This document shows, piece after piece, positions 47,472-58,414 of a stretch of 64,000 nt of DNA. Origin of the DNA: Promethearchaeota archaeon. Its GTDB lineage: Archaea; Asgardarchaeota; Heimdallarchaeia; Hodarchaeales; Hodarchaeaceae. The stretch lies in contig JBHLMN010000020.1 in NCBI GenBank assembly GCA_048938105.1, forward strand, positions 1-64,000, given 5' to 3'. The notes under the pieces are model-generated. The model was not told where the DNA came from and did not search any database. It saw nothing but the letters and a program-made list of their open reading frames with translations. Position 1 is the stretch's first letter. Each line of letters opens with the position of its first letter. A program made the position numbers and the translations under genes.

Positions 47472-49697
47472 ATGATTGATTTCATCGCAATGATATACTA
47501 TTATTTAGATAGTTTAGGGATTCTAAACATTGAACAAATTTTAGCATCTATAGTGCTGTTAACACTTTGTAGAGGATTCTATATAATAACTTATTTCTTT
47601 AATTATTCTAAGGATTATAGTAAAGAACTTGAGGAAGGAATGAAGTTATTTACGCGAAATGAGACGATCCTATTTTGTTTAAAACAAGTTGCAGCTATAC
47701 TTGTAGGAACATTATATTTCCCAATCGCTGTTTTTATATCATTCTATTCACTGTTAGTAGGGGGAAGTTATCTTAAAGAAATTGGGATAAAAACAAGATC
47801 TGATCCTCTAAAAATCGCTGGAATGGTAGTCACTATTATAGGACCACTGATTGGAATTTTGGGGTATGTTATTGCAGAAGACTATTTATCAACTGCAGCT
47901 ATCGGAGTAAGTTTGTTTATTTTTCTTCATTATGGCCAAAAGACTTCATTCTTACCATTATCAACTGTTCTAGAAAGAGCTACACAACGCTTCTCTCGGA
48001 TTCCTAGAGTTCTTTATCTTGGCATTTTAATTATCTCATTAATTATCCCAACAATTGTTATTCTTGGAGCTGTAATATACACCCCCCCACCTAAGCAAAC
48101 TCATTTTATTGTGATGCGAGATGGAATAAAATTAGCTACAGATGTGTACTTAGCCCCTGGATCATTTGGAGGACCAAGACCAGTCATCCTTACACGAACT
48201 CCCTATGGAAAAGATGGGATGGGAGCAATGTATGGATTATTATATCTTACTCAAGGATATCATCTAGTTGTTCAAGATATTCGAGGATGTTTTGATTCAG
48301 AAGATCATGAAGATTTTATCATGTTTCAACAGGCATATCAAGATGGTGTTGATACTCTTGAATGGATATTAGATCAATCGTGGTGTAATGGGAAGATCGC
48401 TTCTGTAGGAGCTTCAGCATTAGCAATTAACGAATACTTTTATGCTGGTATGAATCCAACTGGTCTTATTTGCCAATCTTTAATGATTGGTACACCAGAT
48501 TTATATAAAATCTCTATGTGGCCAGGGGGGGTACTTAAGGAAAGCCTTGTTCTCGGATGGCTTGAAGGAACAGCTGATAATTACGAATATCAGCTTCAAC
48601 AAATTATAAGTCGTCCCAAAAAAGAGGATCTCTACTATAATTCAACATCCTTGTTCTTAGAAGAGGGGCCAAATTTCAGTAATGTTAACGTTCCTGCAAT
48701 TCATATTGGAGGGTGGTACGATGTTTTCCAGCAAGGAACCTTAGATGGTTTCATCGGTTATGATGATTTGAGCCTTGAGGGAGCTCGTGATCACCAATTA
48801 TTGATAATGGGTCCCTTTACTCATGGTTTTCCAGGTGAAGGGAAACAAGGAGAATTATTCTTTCCAACAAAAACCAAAAAAGGGTTTGATTTGTATCTTG
48901 AGTGGGAACGAAAACTTTTTGATCATGTTCTATTAGGGAAGGATTTTGATTGGGATAATGAGTATCGCGTAGCTTATTATATGATGGGGGATAACACATC
49001 AGATGACCCAGATGTAAATGACTATAGGTTTACTTATGATTGGCCTGTACCTCATGTTAATGATCGCTGGTATTTCAGTGCTAATAGTCAGTTAATTCTT
49101 GGAACAGATGATTTAACCAGTGCAAATTATTCTTATATATACGATCCTCGTGATCCTGTACCAACTGTTGGAGGGACTAATCTAATGATCCCTTCAGGGC
49201 CATACGATCAAGGTAAAATTGAAACTCGGGATGATGTACTTATTTTTGAAACCTCATCTCTGACTTCAAAGGTAGAAGTTGTGGGACAGATGTGGGCTCA
49301 TTTATGGGTTATGTCTAATTGTACAAATACTGACTTTACAGTTAAAATTAGTGATGTTTATCCAGATGGACGTTCTATGTTAATAACAGATGGAATCATC
49401 AATATGCTTAGGCGAGATGGCTTTGATCAAGATGCTCCTCCTTTAAATCCTGGTGAGCCTGTGAATGTTACTCTTGATCTCTGGTCAACAGCTTATCAGT
49501 TCGATGAAGGACATAGAATTAGGATAGCGATTTCTAGTTCGAATTACCCTCGATTTGCAATCAATCCAAACACAGGAGCTCCTCCTGAACTTTATTATTA
49601 TCAGTATTTAGATCAAAAAATCGCAAATAATTCAGTTTTAGTCGGACCAAGTTATCCATCTTATGTCATTCTTCCAAAACCTACTGAAACCGTTTAA
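47472..49697 (+). CDS. CocE/NonD family serine hydrolase (peptidase S15-like) with an N-terminal multi-pass membrane region
   Basis: MRDG.KLATD.Y, RTPY, QD.RG...S, W.NG.I...GAS, GGWYD.F, GP..H, GHRIR..ISSS..P. Confidence 0.88.
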   Translation: MIDFIAMIYYYLDSLGILNIEQILASIVLLTLCRGFYIITYFFNYSKDYSKELEEGMKLFTRNETILFCLKQVAAILVGTLYFPIAVFISFYSLLVGGSYLKEIGIKTRSDPLKIAGMVVTIIGPLIGILGYVIAEDYLSTAAIGVSLFIFLHYGQKTSFLPLSTVLERATQRFSRIPRVLYLGILIISLIIPTIVILGAVIYTPPPKQTHFIVMRDGIKLATDVYLAPGSFGGPRPVILTRTPYGKDGMGAMYGLLYLTQGYHLVVQDIRGCFDSEDHEDFIMFQQAYQDGVDTLEWILDQSWCNGKIASVGASALAINEYFYAGMNPTGLICQSLMIGTPDLYKISMWPGGVLKESLVLGWLEGTADNYEYQLQQIISRPKKEDLYYNSTSLFLEEGPNFSNVNVPAIHIGGWYDVFQQGTLDGFIGYDDLSLEGARDHQLLIMGPFTHGFPGEGKQGELFFPTKTKKGFDLYLEWERKLFDHVLLGKDFDWDNEYRVAYYMMGDNTSDDPDVNDYRFTYDWPVPHVNDRWYFSANSQLILGTDDLTSANYSYIYDPRDPVPTVGGTNLMIPSGPYDQGKIETRDDVLIFETSSLTSKVEVVGQMWAHLWVMSNCTNTDFTVKISDVYPDGRSMLITDGIINMLRRDGFDQDAPPLNPGEPVNVTLDLWSTAYQFDEGHRIRIAISSSNYPRFAINPNTGAPPELYYYQYLDQKIANNSVLVGPSYPSYVILPKPTETV

Positions 49698-49726
49698 AGA
49701 AATGTATTTCTAATTGGGTTTGTAAG

Positions 49727-50011
49727 ATGTCAAGAATAAAGGTGACTGTTGAGAAAATTAATGGTTATTGCAATTTACCGATGCTTATAGGTGATCACTT
49801 TTTCATAGAAGGATCAAAATTAACAATTCCTGAGGGAAAACACATATGTATATGGGCTTTACAAAGTATGATGCCTATATTCCCAATTTTTTCTGAGAAA
49901 GAGAAGCTTGATGATGATCATTGGATAAAGAGGGTCAAACATTTTTCTTGTCCTGATCCTAAAGGTCTTGTTCAATATCGTTTGGAATTGATTGATGATG
50001 ATTCAACTTGA
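49727..50011 (+). CDS. TIGR04076-like small Cys-containing protein
   Basis: G.C.....GD.F, .C.WA, SCPDP; next to ferredoxin and AOR genes. Confidence 0.72.
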   Translation: MSRIKVTVEKINGYCNLPMLIGDHFFIEGSKLTIPEGKHICIWALQSMMPIFPIFSEKEKLDDDHWIKRVKHFSCPDPKGLVQYRLELIDDDST

Positions 50012-50504
50012 TGTTAGCAAGTGTACAGGTTGTAGAATGTGTGAAACTACTTGTACAATGCTTCATACAGGCCGAGTTAACCGAAATATGGCTAGAATAC
50101 ACGTTGTGAATTTATTTCAAATTGGAATTGACGGTCCTGTTGTTTGTCTTCAATGTAAAGAAAGATATTGTATGGATTGTCCTTCAAATGCCATTACATT
50201 AGGGAATCAAGGACAAATAATAATATCTCCCACATTATGCACACTTTGTGGAAAATGTGAGAGGAATTGCCCTATAGGAGCGATACAGATCTTCAACAAA
50301 ATTGTATATGTCTGTGATCTCTGCGGAGGTTCTCCTAAATGTGTTGAAGTTTGTACCGAGGGTGCGATCAGCTACATTCCCGAGTTTGAAAAGACTTCGC
50401 TTGCTTACCTTAAAGAAGAAATGAAGAACATGAACCCTAGTGAAAGACAAATGCATTATGTTGAGACACTAGGGAGAGATGTAAGGAGAAATTGGAGGAG
50501 GTAA
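49992..50504 (+). CDS. 4Fe-4S dicluster (polyferredoxin) subunit
   Basis: CTGCRMC...C, CLQC....C..CP, CTLCGKC...CP, CDLC.....C...C. Confidence 0.9.
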   Translation: MMMIQLDVSKCTGCRMCETTCTMLHTGRVNRNMARIHVVNLFQIGIDGPVVCLQCKERYCMDCPSNAITLGNQGQIIISPTLCTLCGKCERNCPIGAIQIFNKIVYVCDLCGGSPKCVEVCTEGAISYIPEFEKTSLAYLKEEMKNMNPSERQMHYVETLGRDVRRNWRR

Positions 50505-52294
50505 AGCAAATGGATTATGGCTATGGAGGAAAAATATTACGAATAGATCTCTCCGAAAGAAGGTATAAAATTGACAAATTGAAGAAGAGTTGGATCAAAA
50601 ATGTGATAGGGGGCAGAGCGGCAAATTCTAAAAGGTTATTTGAGGAATTAGATCCGAACTGTGATCCACTTGGGCCTGATAATTTATTAATTTTTGGTAT
50701 TGGCCCCTTAACGGGCTCTTATCTACCCGCATCCGCTTATTTCACGATTTCTGCAAAATCCCCTTTAACAGGAATATTGGGTGACTCCGCTGCAGGGGGC
50801 CAATTTGGTTCCGAAATGAAATTAACTGGTTTTGATCAGATCATCATAACTGGTAAAGCAAGTAATCTACTTTATTTGTTGATTACTAACTCAGATGTTG
50901 ATTTCATAGATTGTTCCCAATATGTAGGGGATTTTGTACTGGATACAACTCATAAGATTCGGAAAGAGCAGAGAGATTATTCAATCCAAGTAGCAGCTAT
51001 TGGCCCCGCGGGGGAGAACATGGTTCTATACTCTTCTGTTATTTCAAGCGGAAACAGGGCAAGTGGAAGAACTGGAATGGGAGCAGTAATGGGAGCAAAG
51101 AATCTTAAAGCTATTGCAGTCCGTGGGGGTTGTTCTGTAGAATTGGCGGAACCACTCGCATTTTTATCAGAGGTAAAAAAAATCAAGAAAGAGATTTTCG
51201 ATCATAATGAATATTCCAAACGTTATAACCTAGGAACGACAATGTTAATGACTGATCTAAATGGTATTGGAATTCTACCTACAAATCATTTCCAGAAAGG
51301 GGTATGTAATTACCTCAATAAAGTCTCTGGAGAACATCTAGCTGCAAATTTCAAAGTAAAAAATAAGGGGTGTTTCAATTGTAATCTTCATTGTTCTAGA
51401 TATTACGTTTGTGGAGATTATGAGGCTGAAGGACCTGAATATGAAACATTATGTGGGTTTACCTCTCGAATTGGAGTTTCAGATCTAGAGTTTGCTTTGG
51501 AAATGAATTATTATCTCAATCAGGTAGGTTTGGACTCACTCTCCACCTGTGAAGTGATCGGATGGGTAATGGAATGTCAAGAAAAGGGATTGATCAGACC
51601 TGAAGAAGTTGGTGGAATAGAGATTTCTTGGGGCGATACAAATAAGATCAGAGAAATTGTTGAGATGATAACCTTCCGTAAGGGGATTGGTGATGAATTT
51701 GCAGAAGGAGCGACTAAATTTTCACAGAAATTTAGTGAGGAGGTAAGAAAACTTGTCATGCAGGTTAAGGGCCTTGATATTATCTGTGGTGATCCTCGTG
51801 GTTTGAAAGCATATGGTTTGACTTATGCCATTGCTTCCCGAGGGGGAGACCATCTAAGAGCTGAACCGTTTTTCGAGCTTACTGAGAGATGGGAAGAAGC
51901 TAAAAATAGATTTGGTACTGAAAAAGCTGCTGATAGACTTTCAGAGGAAGGTAAAGCAGCACTAGTCACCTATTCTGAGAAAATTGCGCTCCTAACGGAT
52001 AGTATGACGATGTGTAAAAACATTGGTCTCTGTATGGATATTTTAAACTTAGAGAATGCGTCAAATCTCTTGACTTATGGTACAGGGATTGAATACACAC
52101 CTGAATATTTAATAAAGATTCTTGAAGAGTCTATTGAAAGGGATTACAAGCTCAATCAAAAATTTGGAATGAAACTAGAGGATACTCTCCCAGAAAGGTT
52201 TACTTCTGAATCACTCAATGAAGGCCCGACTCAGGGATCTACAGTAAATATACAAAAAATGGTTAAAGAGTATAATAGATTACATAATCGCTAA
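50492..52294 (+). CDS. aor: Aldehyde:ferredoxin oxidoreductase (tungsten-pterin AOR family)
   Basis: GY.GKILR.DLS, KSPLTG, IGPAGE, GR.G.GAVMG.KNLKA, C..C...C, EGPEYE, GLD, DPRG, RG.DH. The likely start is ATG 50510. Confidence 0.92.
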   Translation: MEEVKQMDYGYGGKILRIDLSERRYKIDKLKKSWIKNVIGGRAANSKRLFEELDPNCDPLGPDNLLIFGIGPLTGSYLPASAYFTISAKSPLTGILGDSAAGGQFGSEMKLTGFDQIIITGKASNLLYLLITNSDVDFIDCSQYVGDFVLDTTHKIRKEQRDYSIQVAAIGPAGENMVLYSSVISSGNRASGRTGMGAVMGAKNLKAIAVRGGCSVELAEPLAFLSEVKKIKKEIFDHNEYSKRYNLGTTMLMTDLNGIGILPTNHFQKGVCNYLNKVSGEHLAANFKVKNKGCFNCNLHCSRYYVCGDYEAEGPEYETLCGFTSRIGVSDLEFALEMNYYLNQVGLDSLSTCEVIGWVMECQEKGLIRPEEVGGIEISWGDTNKIREIVEMITFRKGIGDEFAEGATKFSQKFSEEVRKLVMQVKGLDIICGDPRGLKAYGLTYAIASRGGDHLRAEPFFELTERWEEAKNRFGTEKAADRLSEEGKAALVTYSEKIALLTDSMTMCKNIGLCMDILNLENASNLLTYGTGIEYTPEYLIKILEESIERDYKLNQKFGMKLEDTLPERFTSESLNEGPTQGSTVNIQKMVKEYNRLHNR

Positions 52295-52449
52295 TAGTTG
52301 CAGATTAATATAATCTAGCCATTTAATGAGAGAAATAACATATTCAACGAAGAAATTCATCCATATTTTATCAGACGTAAACAGAGGCGATTTTAATTGG
52401 AACTTTGGGGGAGTGGATGTTACAATTTTTACTTAGCTAGGTACAAATC

Positions 52450-53601
52450 TTATGGCCCTGGGGCTCTTTGATTCATCTTTACGAGTTTTAGAGCTTCTAG
52501 AAGATATTCATCTACTTGGGCTTGTTTTATTCGGATTTGAAACGATGCATTACTTTGGACTAAGGTTTCCCATTCATTAAATTGATCCTGTATCAGTTTT
52601 TTCTCCTCTACAACTCTGTCAACTAATTGATTTAGCTTTTTCTCCTTTGCGATTACTTCTGCTTGTTCTAAGAATTCAAACGCTTTTGTAAGATCACCTT
52701 CTATCATAGCGAATTTGGTTTGAATTATTAAAGCGTTAACAACTGAAGAATGAGATTGTTGCTGACGGGATAATTCTATTAGTTTATTTACAAGATTTTT
52801 AACATCATGAAGTATTGTTTCCTCTTCTGATACACTTAGTTCTATAAGAAGAAGTTCACACAAACTGATCATCGCATCAAAAGTATTAGGGAAAAATACC
52901 ATTCGTTCTTCAGCAATTTCTTTAAAAATTTCTTGTGCTTTCATTTTATCACGAAGACGTGGGCTATATTTCAGAATATGGCCTTCTGCTAATCGACATA
53001 GCTGATTGACATATTTCTTATATTCATGTGTTTTAATTTTGGTTAAAGATAAAATCTGTAATCGTTGAAAATAATCCTTTGCATCTTCAATCTCCTGAAT
53101 ATCAAGAGTTAAAGAAACAAGTCTATAAAGTACCTGACTAGCCAAAGCATAAAACTCTTCTTCTTCACATAATATTAAAGCTTGATTTGCATATTCGATT
53201 GCTCGAATGAAGTCTCCTTTAGCTTGATAGACATCTGCTAAGTGTGCAGGAGGGTACACTCTCCCAAAAGGTTTTCCTAAAGAATTGAATTCCCTCATAC
53301 TTTGATGAAAATAATCTTCAGCAAAGTCAAGTTCTCCTTTCATGTAATAAATAAAACCCACTGTATCTTTTGCATTAGCTACTCCAACTTTATGTCCAAT
53401 TCCTTCAAGAGTTGCTAAGCTTTTCAATCCATATTTTAATGCTTGATCTAATTCTCCTTGACATAAATAATAGGTTGAAATTTCATTAAGGGCTTCTCCT
53501 ACTTTATCTGTTCTTCCACTTTTTTCAAAGGATTTGACTACTCTCCAAGCTTCTTCGAACTTACCTTGGAACATGAGTTTTTCAATTCCCAGGCCAGTCA
53601 A
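52450..53601 (-). CDS. Tetratricopeptide repeat protein (type expanded in Asgard archaea)
   Basis: Repeated G.L..A..Y...SL helices. The C-terminal LCELLL.EL....E..L and K...IEG....A...L..A...A region is typical of Asgard TPR proteins. Confidence 0.8.
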   Translation of the reverse strand: MTGLGIEKLMFQGKFEEAWRVVKSFEKSGRTDKVGEALNEISTYYLCQGELDQALKYGLKSLATLEGIGHKVGVANAKDTVGFIYYMKGELDFAEDYFHQSMREFNSLGKPFGRVYPPAHLADVYQAKGDFIRAIEYANQALILCEEEEFYALASQVLYRLVSLTLDIQEIEDAKDYFQRLQILSLTKIKTHEYKKYVNQLCRLAEGHILKYSPRLRDKMKAQEIFKEIAEERMVFFPNTFDAMISLCELLLIELSVSEEETILHDVKNLVNKLIELSRQQQSHSSVVNALIIQTKFAMIEGDLTKAFEFLEQAEVIAKEKKLNQLVDRVVEEKKLIQDQFNEWETLVQSNASFQIRIKQAQVDEYLLEALKLVKMNQRAPGP

Positions 53602-53887
53602 GTTTCTCTACTCCATTCATTCTAACTATGGTTTAAATCTTTGATTTTTAATATTTAAGTAACTCTATCAAAATAATCCTTTTTATAGATTAATTTTTCT
53701 TTATTTTTTTTATCAGGGCAATAAACAATTTATAAAAGAATTTTGGTATCAATTAAAAGCAAAGAATTATATCTATAATTAAGCTAGTAAGATAGCAAAA
53801 CTGTAGTTAAATTTGATGGTTATTGCCCTTAAAAGAAACCCTACTTGGGATTATATTGTAAAGATTCAAAAAAAGGGCATATAATCG

Positions 53888-54892
53888 TTAACGGGTACAG
53901 ATTATCTCTTTTAACTGCTGAATACTGATATTCCCTCCACTAATAATTAAAATGACATTTTTTTCTTCAAAACGATCTGTTTCTTTCAGATATGCTGCAA
54001 CTGTGACCCCTGCTGCTCCTTCAATAACCATGTGGTGTTTTTCAAGCATGAATAAAATGGCATTAGCAATTTCCTCCTCATTTACAAGAATATAGTGATC
54101 TACATAACGTTGACACAGTTTAAAGGTAATAGCATTAGGTTCAATACCCCCTGCTGATCCATCACTCAGTGTTGGTTTACTTTTCATATCAATAATCTTT
54201 CCAGCCTTAATGGACTCATACATCACTGCGGAATTTAATGGAAGACATCCTACAATTTTAATTTTTGGATTTAGATCTTTCAAATAGCCTGCTATACCTG
54301 ATATTAATCCCCCACCTCCAATAGTAACTAGGACGATATCAATCTTATCTAGCTGTCTAGTAAGTTCTATTGCAATAGTACCCTGTCCTCCAATAATCTC
54401 TAGATCATTATATGGTGAAATAAAGACCTTATTTTCCCGTTCTGCAATTTCCTTGGCAAAAATCTCTGCTTCAACACTATCTGTGCCATAAAATTCCAAT
54501 GGGATGTTATAATTGCGTAATCTATCAATTTTCACTTGAGCTGTTATAGTGGGAAGATAAATAGTTCCAGTTCCACCAAGTTTGGTTAATGCGTAAGCGA
54601 CTGCTAATCCATGATTACCAGATGATGCTGTAGTGATTTCAATTTCTTTAGGAAGAGAAAGTATTTTGTTTATGGCTCCTCTAGCTTTGAATGATCCAGT
54701 CAATTGTACATTCTCCATTTTTAGATAAACTTTACTTCCTCTTCCCATTTTACTTAAATATGGGGAATATTCAAGAGGGGTTTCTCTGATATAGGCTCTG
54801 ATACGCTTCTCAGCTTCAAGAACTTCATTTCTTATTGTTTTTGAAATCTGATGATTATGTTTCTCTTCGATCTTCAAGAAGTACAACCTCAA
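53888..54892 (-). CDS. Threonine/serine dehydratase (fold-type II PLP enzyme)
   Basis: ETPL, K.EN.Q.TGSFK.RGA, ASSGNHG, GQGT, GGGGLISG, SGGN; no ACT domain. Confidence 0.9.
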   Translation of the reverse strand: MRLYFLKIEEKHNHQISKTIRNEVLEAEKRIRAYIRETPLEYSPYLSKMGRGSKVYLKMENVQLTGSFKARGAINKILSLPKEIEITTASSGNHGLAVAYALTKLGGTGTIYLPTITAQVKIDRLRNYNIPLEFYGTDSVEAEIFAKEIAERENKVFISPYNDLEIIGGQGTIAIELTRQLDKIDIVLVTIGGGGLISGIAGYLKDLNPKIKIVGCLPLNSAVMYESIKAGKIIDMKSKPTLSDGSAGGIEPNAITFKLCQRYVDHYILVNEEEIANAILFMLEKHHMVIEGAAGVTVAAYLKETDRFEEKNVILIISGGNISIQQLKEIICTR

Positions 54893-55006
54893 GTGTTAGT
54901 AATTTGGGTCTCATTATTAACCTATTGAAGAATAGAACTAATATTATATATACAAAATAATTGAGAATGGTATAATGTACGTACAAAATGATAGGTTATT
55001 AAAAGA

Positions 55007-55354
55007 ATGGTACATAATACGAAGAAGGAATTAAGAATGATAAGTCGTATTTGGCATGGATGGACAACATGCGGGAACGCTGATGCTTATGAATCACTTC
55101 TCAAGAGCGAAATTTTCTCAAGTATAGAGAACCAACGGATTGCTGGTTATAAAGGAATCCATCTTTTTCGTCGTAATATTGGAGATGAAGTAGAGTTCAT
55201 TACTATTATGTGGTTTGATTCATTAGAAGCCATTCACGCTTTTGCAGGAGAAGATTATGAGTTAGCAGTCGTTCCTCCTAAAGCAAGAGCTTTACTTTCT
55301 CGGTTTGACACGCGTTCTCAACATTATGAAGTTAGGGCCGAAGTAAAAGTATAA
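55007..55354 (+). CDS. Antibiotic biosynthesis monooxygenase (dimeric alpha/beta barrel) family protein
   Basis: MISRIWHG.T...NADAY, F.S.EA..AFAG.DY..AVVP..A..LL.RFD....HYE. The likely start is ATG 55037. Confidence 0.78.
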   Translation: MVHNTKKELRMISRIWHGWTTCGNADAYESLLKSEIFSSIENQRIAGYKGIHLFRRNIGDEVEFITIMWFDSLEAIHAFAGEDYELAVVPPKARALLSRFDTRSQHYEVRAEVKV

Positions 55355-55479
55355 CTCCGCTTTATTCCTCTAGAATGGCATAGAAGTTTACTCGCTACTG
55401 ATTTATTATATTAACTCCTAGATTTCTTTGTAGAATTGTTTAATTAAAGAAAATCCACAATCTATAGATACAAATCCAG

Positions 55480-56664
55480 TTGGGAAAAGCATTGGTTATT
55501 AACTTTAATGAAATTCAACCCAAATATTATTCCCTTCATCCTAATGAAATGTTTAATTATCAATTCAACAAGGGAATTTCTATTGGTTATGCCCGGGTTG
55601 AGGATTTAAAAGAAGTTGTTTCAAAAATTCACAGTCTTCATGATTGGGTACATGAAATGCGCTTATTAGCAGATCGAGCCAAATCTGAAAAGAGAATCCT
55701 AAATGCAGCTTATTATTATCGGATGACTGAATTTTATACTCTTCCATCTGATTCAGAAAAGAGTGTACTATACAATAAATTCAATAAATTGATCTATCAG
55801 GTTTTCAAAGGTAATCTTTTCAAGGATTATTCTGTTCCGTATGAAAGAGGATTTCTTCCCACATATCGCTTTAAATCAACAAAAAATAATTCTAAGGGTA
55901 CAATTATTGTCCATGGAGGATTTGATTCATTCATTGAAGAGTTTTTTCCTCTTGCGACATTCTTGGTTGAGAAAGGATATGAAGTATTTATGTTTGAAGG
56001 CCCAGGTCAAGGAAAAGCACTGTTCAAACATCAGCTCAATCTAATTCCAGAATGGGAGAAACCTGTGAGCACTATCCTTGATTTTTTCAACCTAACGGAT
56101 GTTATATTGATTGGTATTTCTTTAGGTGGTTATTTAGGACTTAGAGCTGCAGCATACGATCATCGAATAAGTAAAGTGGTGGTTTTTGGAGTCATCTATG
56201 ACTTCTATTCAGCAAGAATGAGTACATTATCACTGAGCTCACGAATCATATCTAAAATACTAATTTCTCTTCAGAAGGATAGGTTGTTCAATTCTCTTAT
56301 TCAAAAAGCAATGAAGAAAGACCCCTTCGTGAATTGGTCATATCAACAATCTATGTACGTTTTTGGAGTAAGTACGCCTTATGAAGTTATTAAACGGATG
56401 AAACAATTCAATCTCATAAAGATATCAAGATTAATCAAACAGGATATTTTACTCTTACATGGAGAAGAGGATAATTTTATTCCATTAAAGATGTATTTTA
56501 AGCAGAAGAAGGCATTAACCGCAGCAAAATCTACTTCGGGACGAATTTTTACTGCAGTGGAGAATGCATCACACCATTGTCAAATAGGAAATATTAAGCT
56601 TGCATTCGATACAATTTACGATTGGATAGAGGGTAGATGGTTAAATATTAAATTTGATGTTTAA
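55480..56664 (+). CDS. Alpha/beta hydrolase (FrsA/2,6-dihydroxypseudooxynicotine hydrolase-like)
   Basis: GG.DS..EE, FEGPGQG, GISLGG, G..D, HCQ.GN. Confidence 0.85.
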   Translation: MGKALVINFNEIQPKYYSLHPNEMFNYQFNKGISIGYARVEDLKEVVSKIHSLHDWVHEMRLLADRAKSEKRILNAAYYYRMTEFYTLPSDSEKSVLYNKFNKLIYQVFKGNLFKDYSVPYERGFLPTYRFKSTKNNSKGTIIVHGGFDSFIEEFFPLATFLVEKGYEVFMFEGPGQGKALFKHQLNLIPEWEKPVSTILDFFNLTDVILIGISLGGYLGLRAAAYDHRISKVVVFGVIYDFYSARMSTLSLSSRIISKILISLQKDRLFNSLIQKAMKKDPFVNWSYQQSMYVFGVSTPYEVIKRMKQFNLIKISRLIKQDILLLHGEEDNFIPLKMYFKQKKALTAAKSTSGRIFTAVENASHHCQIGNIKLAFDTIYDWIEGRWLNIKFDV

Positions 56665-56761
56665 TATGCTTGATGAGCCTCTCAAAAGATTTCTTTTTGT
56701 TGCTATATAGATATGGTTTTTTCAATGGTTAAACTGATAAAGGAATTTCATAAGATAATTT

Positions 56762-57622
56762 TTGGTGAATTTTTTGAAGGCGTTTATTTCAATTGATCTA
56801 GAGGGATTACCTTTTATTGTCATCCCAGGGCATTTAAGTCTAAAGGGAACATTATATTCTGAAGCTAGAAAAATCGCTACCAAAGTTGTTCTGATTGTTG
56901 CAGATGAGTTGAATAGGACTGGATTTGATAAAGTCATAATAGCTGATTCTCATGGCCCGATGGTTAACATTAAGGTTGATGATTTACCAGAGTACGTAGA
57001 AATCGTTAGAGGCATTCCTCGTCCCGTTAGTATGGTTTCAGGGGTAGAGGAATGTGATGTAGCTCTGTTTCTTGGTTATCATGCGAAATTTGGGACTGCA
57101 AAATCAACTTTCGATCACACTTATTCAGGAAGGAGTATTCATCGATTTGTTATCAATGGAATACCTGTTAGTGAATTTCTTCTCAATTCTTATGCTGCAG
57201 GTTTCTACGATGTCCCTGTTATTCTAGTTGCGGGGGATGCTCAACTTCTCGAAGATGATGCGGAAAAATTTACTCCATGGGTGGAAACTGTTGTTTTCAA
57301 AAAATCATTGAGTAGAGTTTCAGCAAAAAGTCCTAGTATGATTAAGATTGAAGCGGAGTTGAGAGAATCTGTTAATAAAGCAGTGATTAACTTCAAAGAA
57401 AACAATGTTCGGCCACTAAAGACTGAGGAACCAGTAAAAGCTAGAATTATCTTTAATGCGAGTCACTTTGCTGATGTTGCAGAACTATTACCTATTATTG
57501 ATAGAACAGATGGATTAACTGTAGAATACACAGCTAATAATATAATCGATGCTTATAAGATATTTCAATTGCTGGTTTTTGCTTCTTCTGGTGTTTCAGG
57601 CTTACTTGAATGGTTACAATAA
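56762..57622 (+). CDS. dppA: D-aminopeptidase, peptidase family M55
   Basis: FISIDLEG, ADSHG.M.N, GYHA, HT, .SE...N, GD. Confidence 0.9.
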   Translation: MVNFLKAFISIDLEGLPFIVIPGHLSLKGTLYSEARKIATKVVLIVADELNRTGFDKVIIADSHGPMVNIKVDDLPEYVEIVRGIPRPVSMVSGVEECDVALFLGYHAKFGTAKSTFDHTYSGRSIHRFVINGIPVSEFLLNSYAAGFYDVPVILVAGDAQLLEDDAEKFTPWVETVVFKKSLSRVSAKSPSMIKIEAELRESVNKAVINFKENNVRPLKTEEPVKARIIFNASHFADVAELLPIIDRTDGLTVEYTANNIIDAYKIFQLLVFASSGVSGLLEWLQ

Positions 57623-58392
57623 ATCGGATGAATAAAATGAATCACCGTGTTGCGATAGTTAGAGAGCCTGGCAAAAGTTTTCCTCGATGTGTAACATCCC
57701 ATCCATTACAACATACAATAAACGTGGCTAATGCTAAGAAACAACATGCAATTTATTGTAACACGTTAAAAGAATTGGGCCTTGAGGTTATTTATTTGCC
57801 TATAGATGACACACATCCTGATTCATGTTTTGTTGAGGACAATGCCGTTATTCACAATAAAAAAGCGTTGATCACCCGTATGGGGGTCGCGACTCGTCGT
57901 GGAGAAGAAGTAATAGTTGAGAAAGCTCTGAATGATTTTTTAGAAACAAAAAGAACTTTAGCTCCAGGCACGATTGAAGGAGGAGATGTCATTCATCTCC
58001 CAGATCGCTTGATTTGCGGAGTAACCCAGCGAACAAATCATGATGGCGTTAATCAAATGATTAAATGGCTTGATGTGTCAGTAGAAATATGGGTTGATCC
58101 CAATATTGTACATCTTAAAAGTAATTTTACATATTTAGGAAAAGACACTGTTATTGCCGCTAAAGCTTATACTAATCATCCATTACTAAATAAGATGAAT
58201 ATTCTTGTTGTAGAGTCTGATGAAAGTTATGCAGCTAATACTTTAACAATAAACAATAGCGTATTAATGCCTAAAGGGTTTCCTAACTCCCGAACAATGG
58301 TTACCGAGGCTGGTTTTGAAGTAATACCTTTAGAAATGAGTGAGTTTCAAAAATGTGAAGGAGCATTAACATGTCTTTCACTGATCTTTTAA
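57610..58392 (+). CDS. ddah: N(G),N(G)-dimethylarginine dimethylaminohydrolase (amidinotransferase superfamily)
   Basis: PDS.FVED, R.GE, IEGGD, RTN, HLKS, EF.K.EG.LTCLS (catalytic Asp/His/Cys). Confidence 0.85.
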   Translation: MVTINRMNKMNHRVAIVREPGKSFPRCVTSHPLQHTINVANAKKQHAIYCNTLKELGLEVIYLPIDDTHPDSCFVEDNAVIHNKKALITRMGVATRRGEEVIVEKALNDFLETKRTLAPGTIEGGDVIHLPDRLICGVTQRTNHDGVNQMIKWLDVSVEIWVDPNIVHLKSNFTYLGKDTVIAAKAYTNHPLLNKMNILVVESDESYAANTLTINNSVLMPKGFPNSRTMVTEAGFEVIPLEMSEFQKCEGALTCLSLIF

Positions 58393-58414
58393 GCAAACAA
58401 ACATTGGTTTTAAA

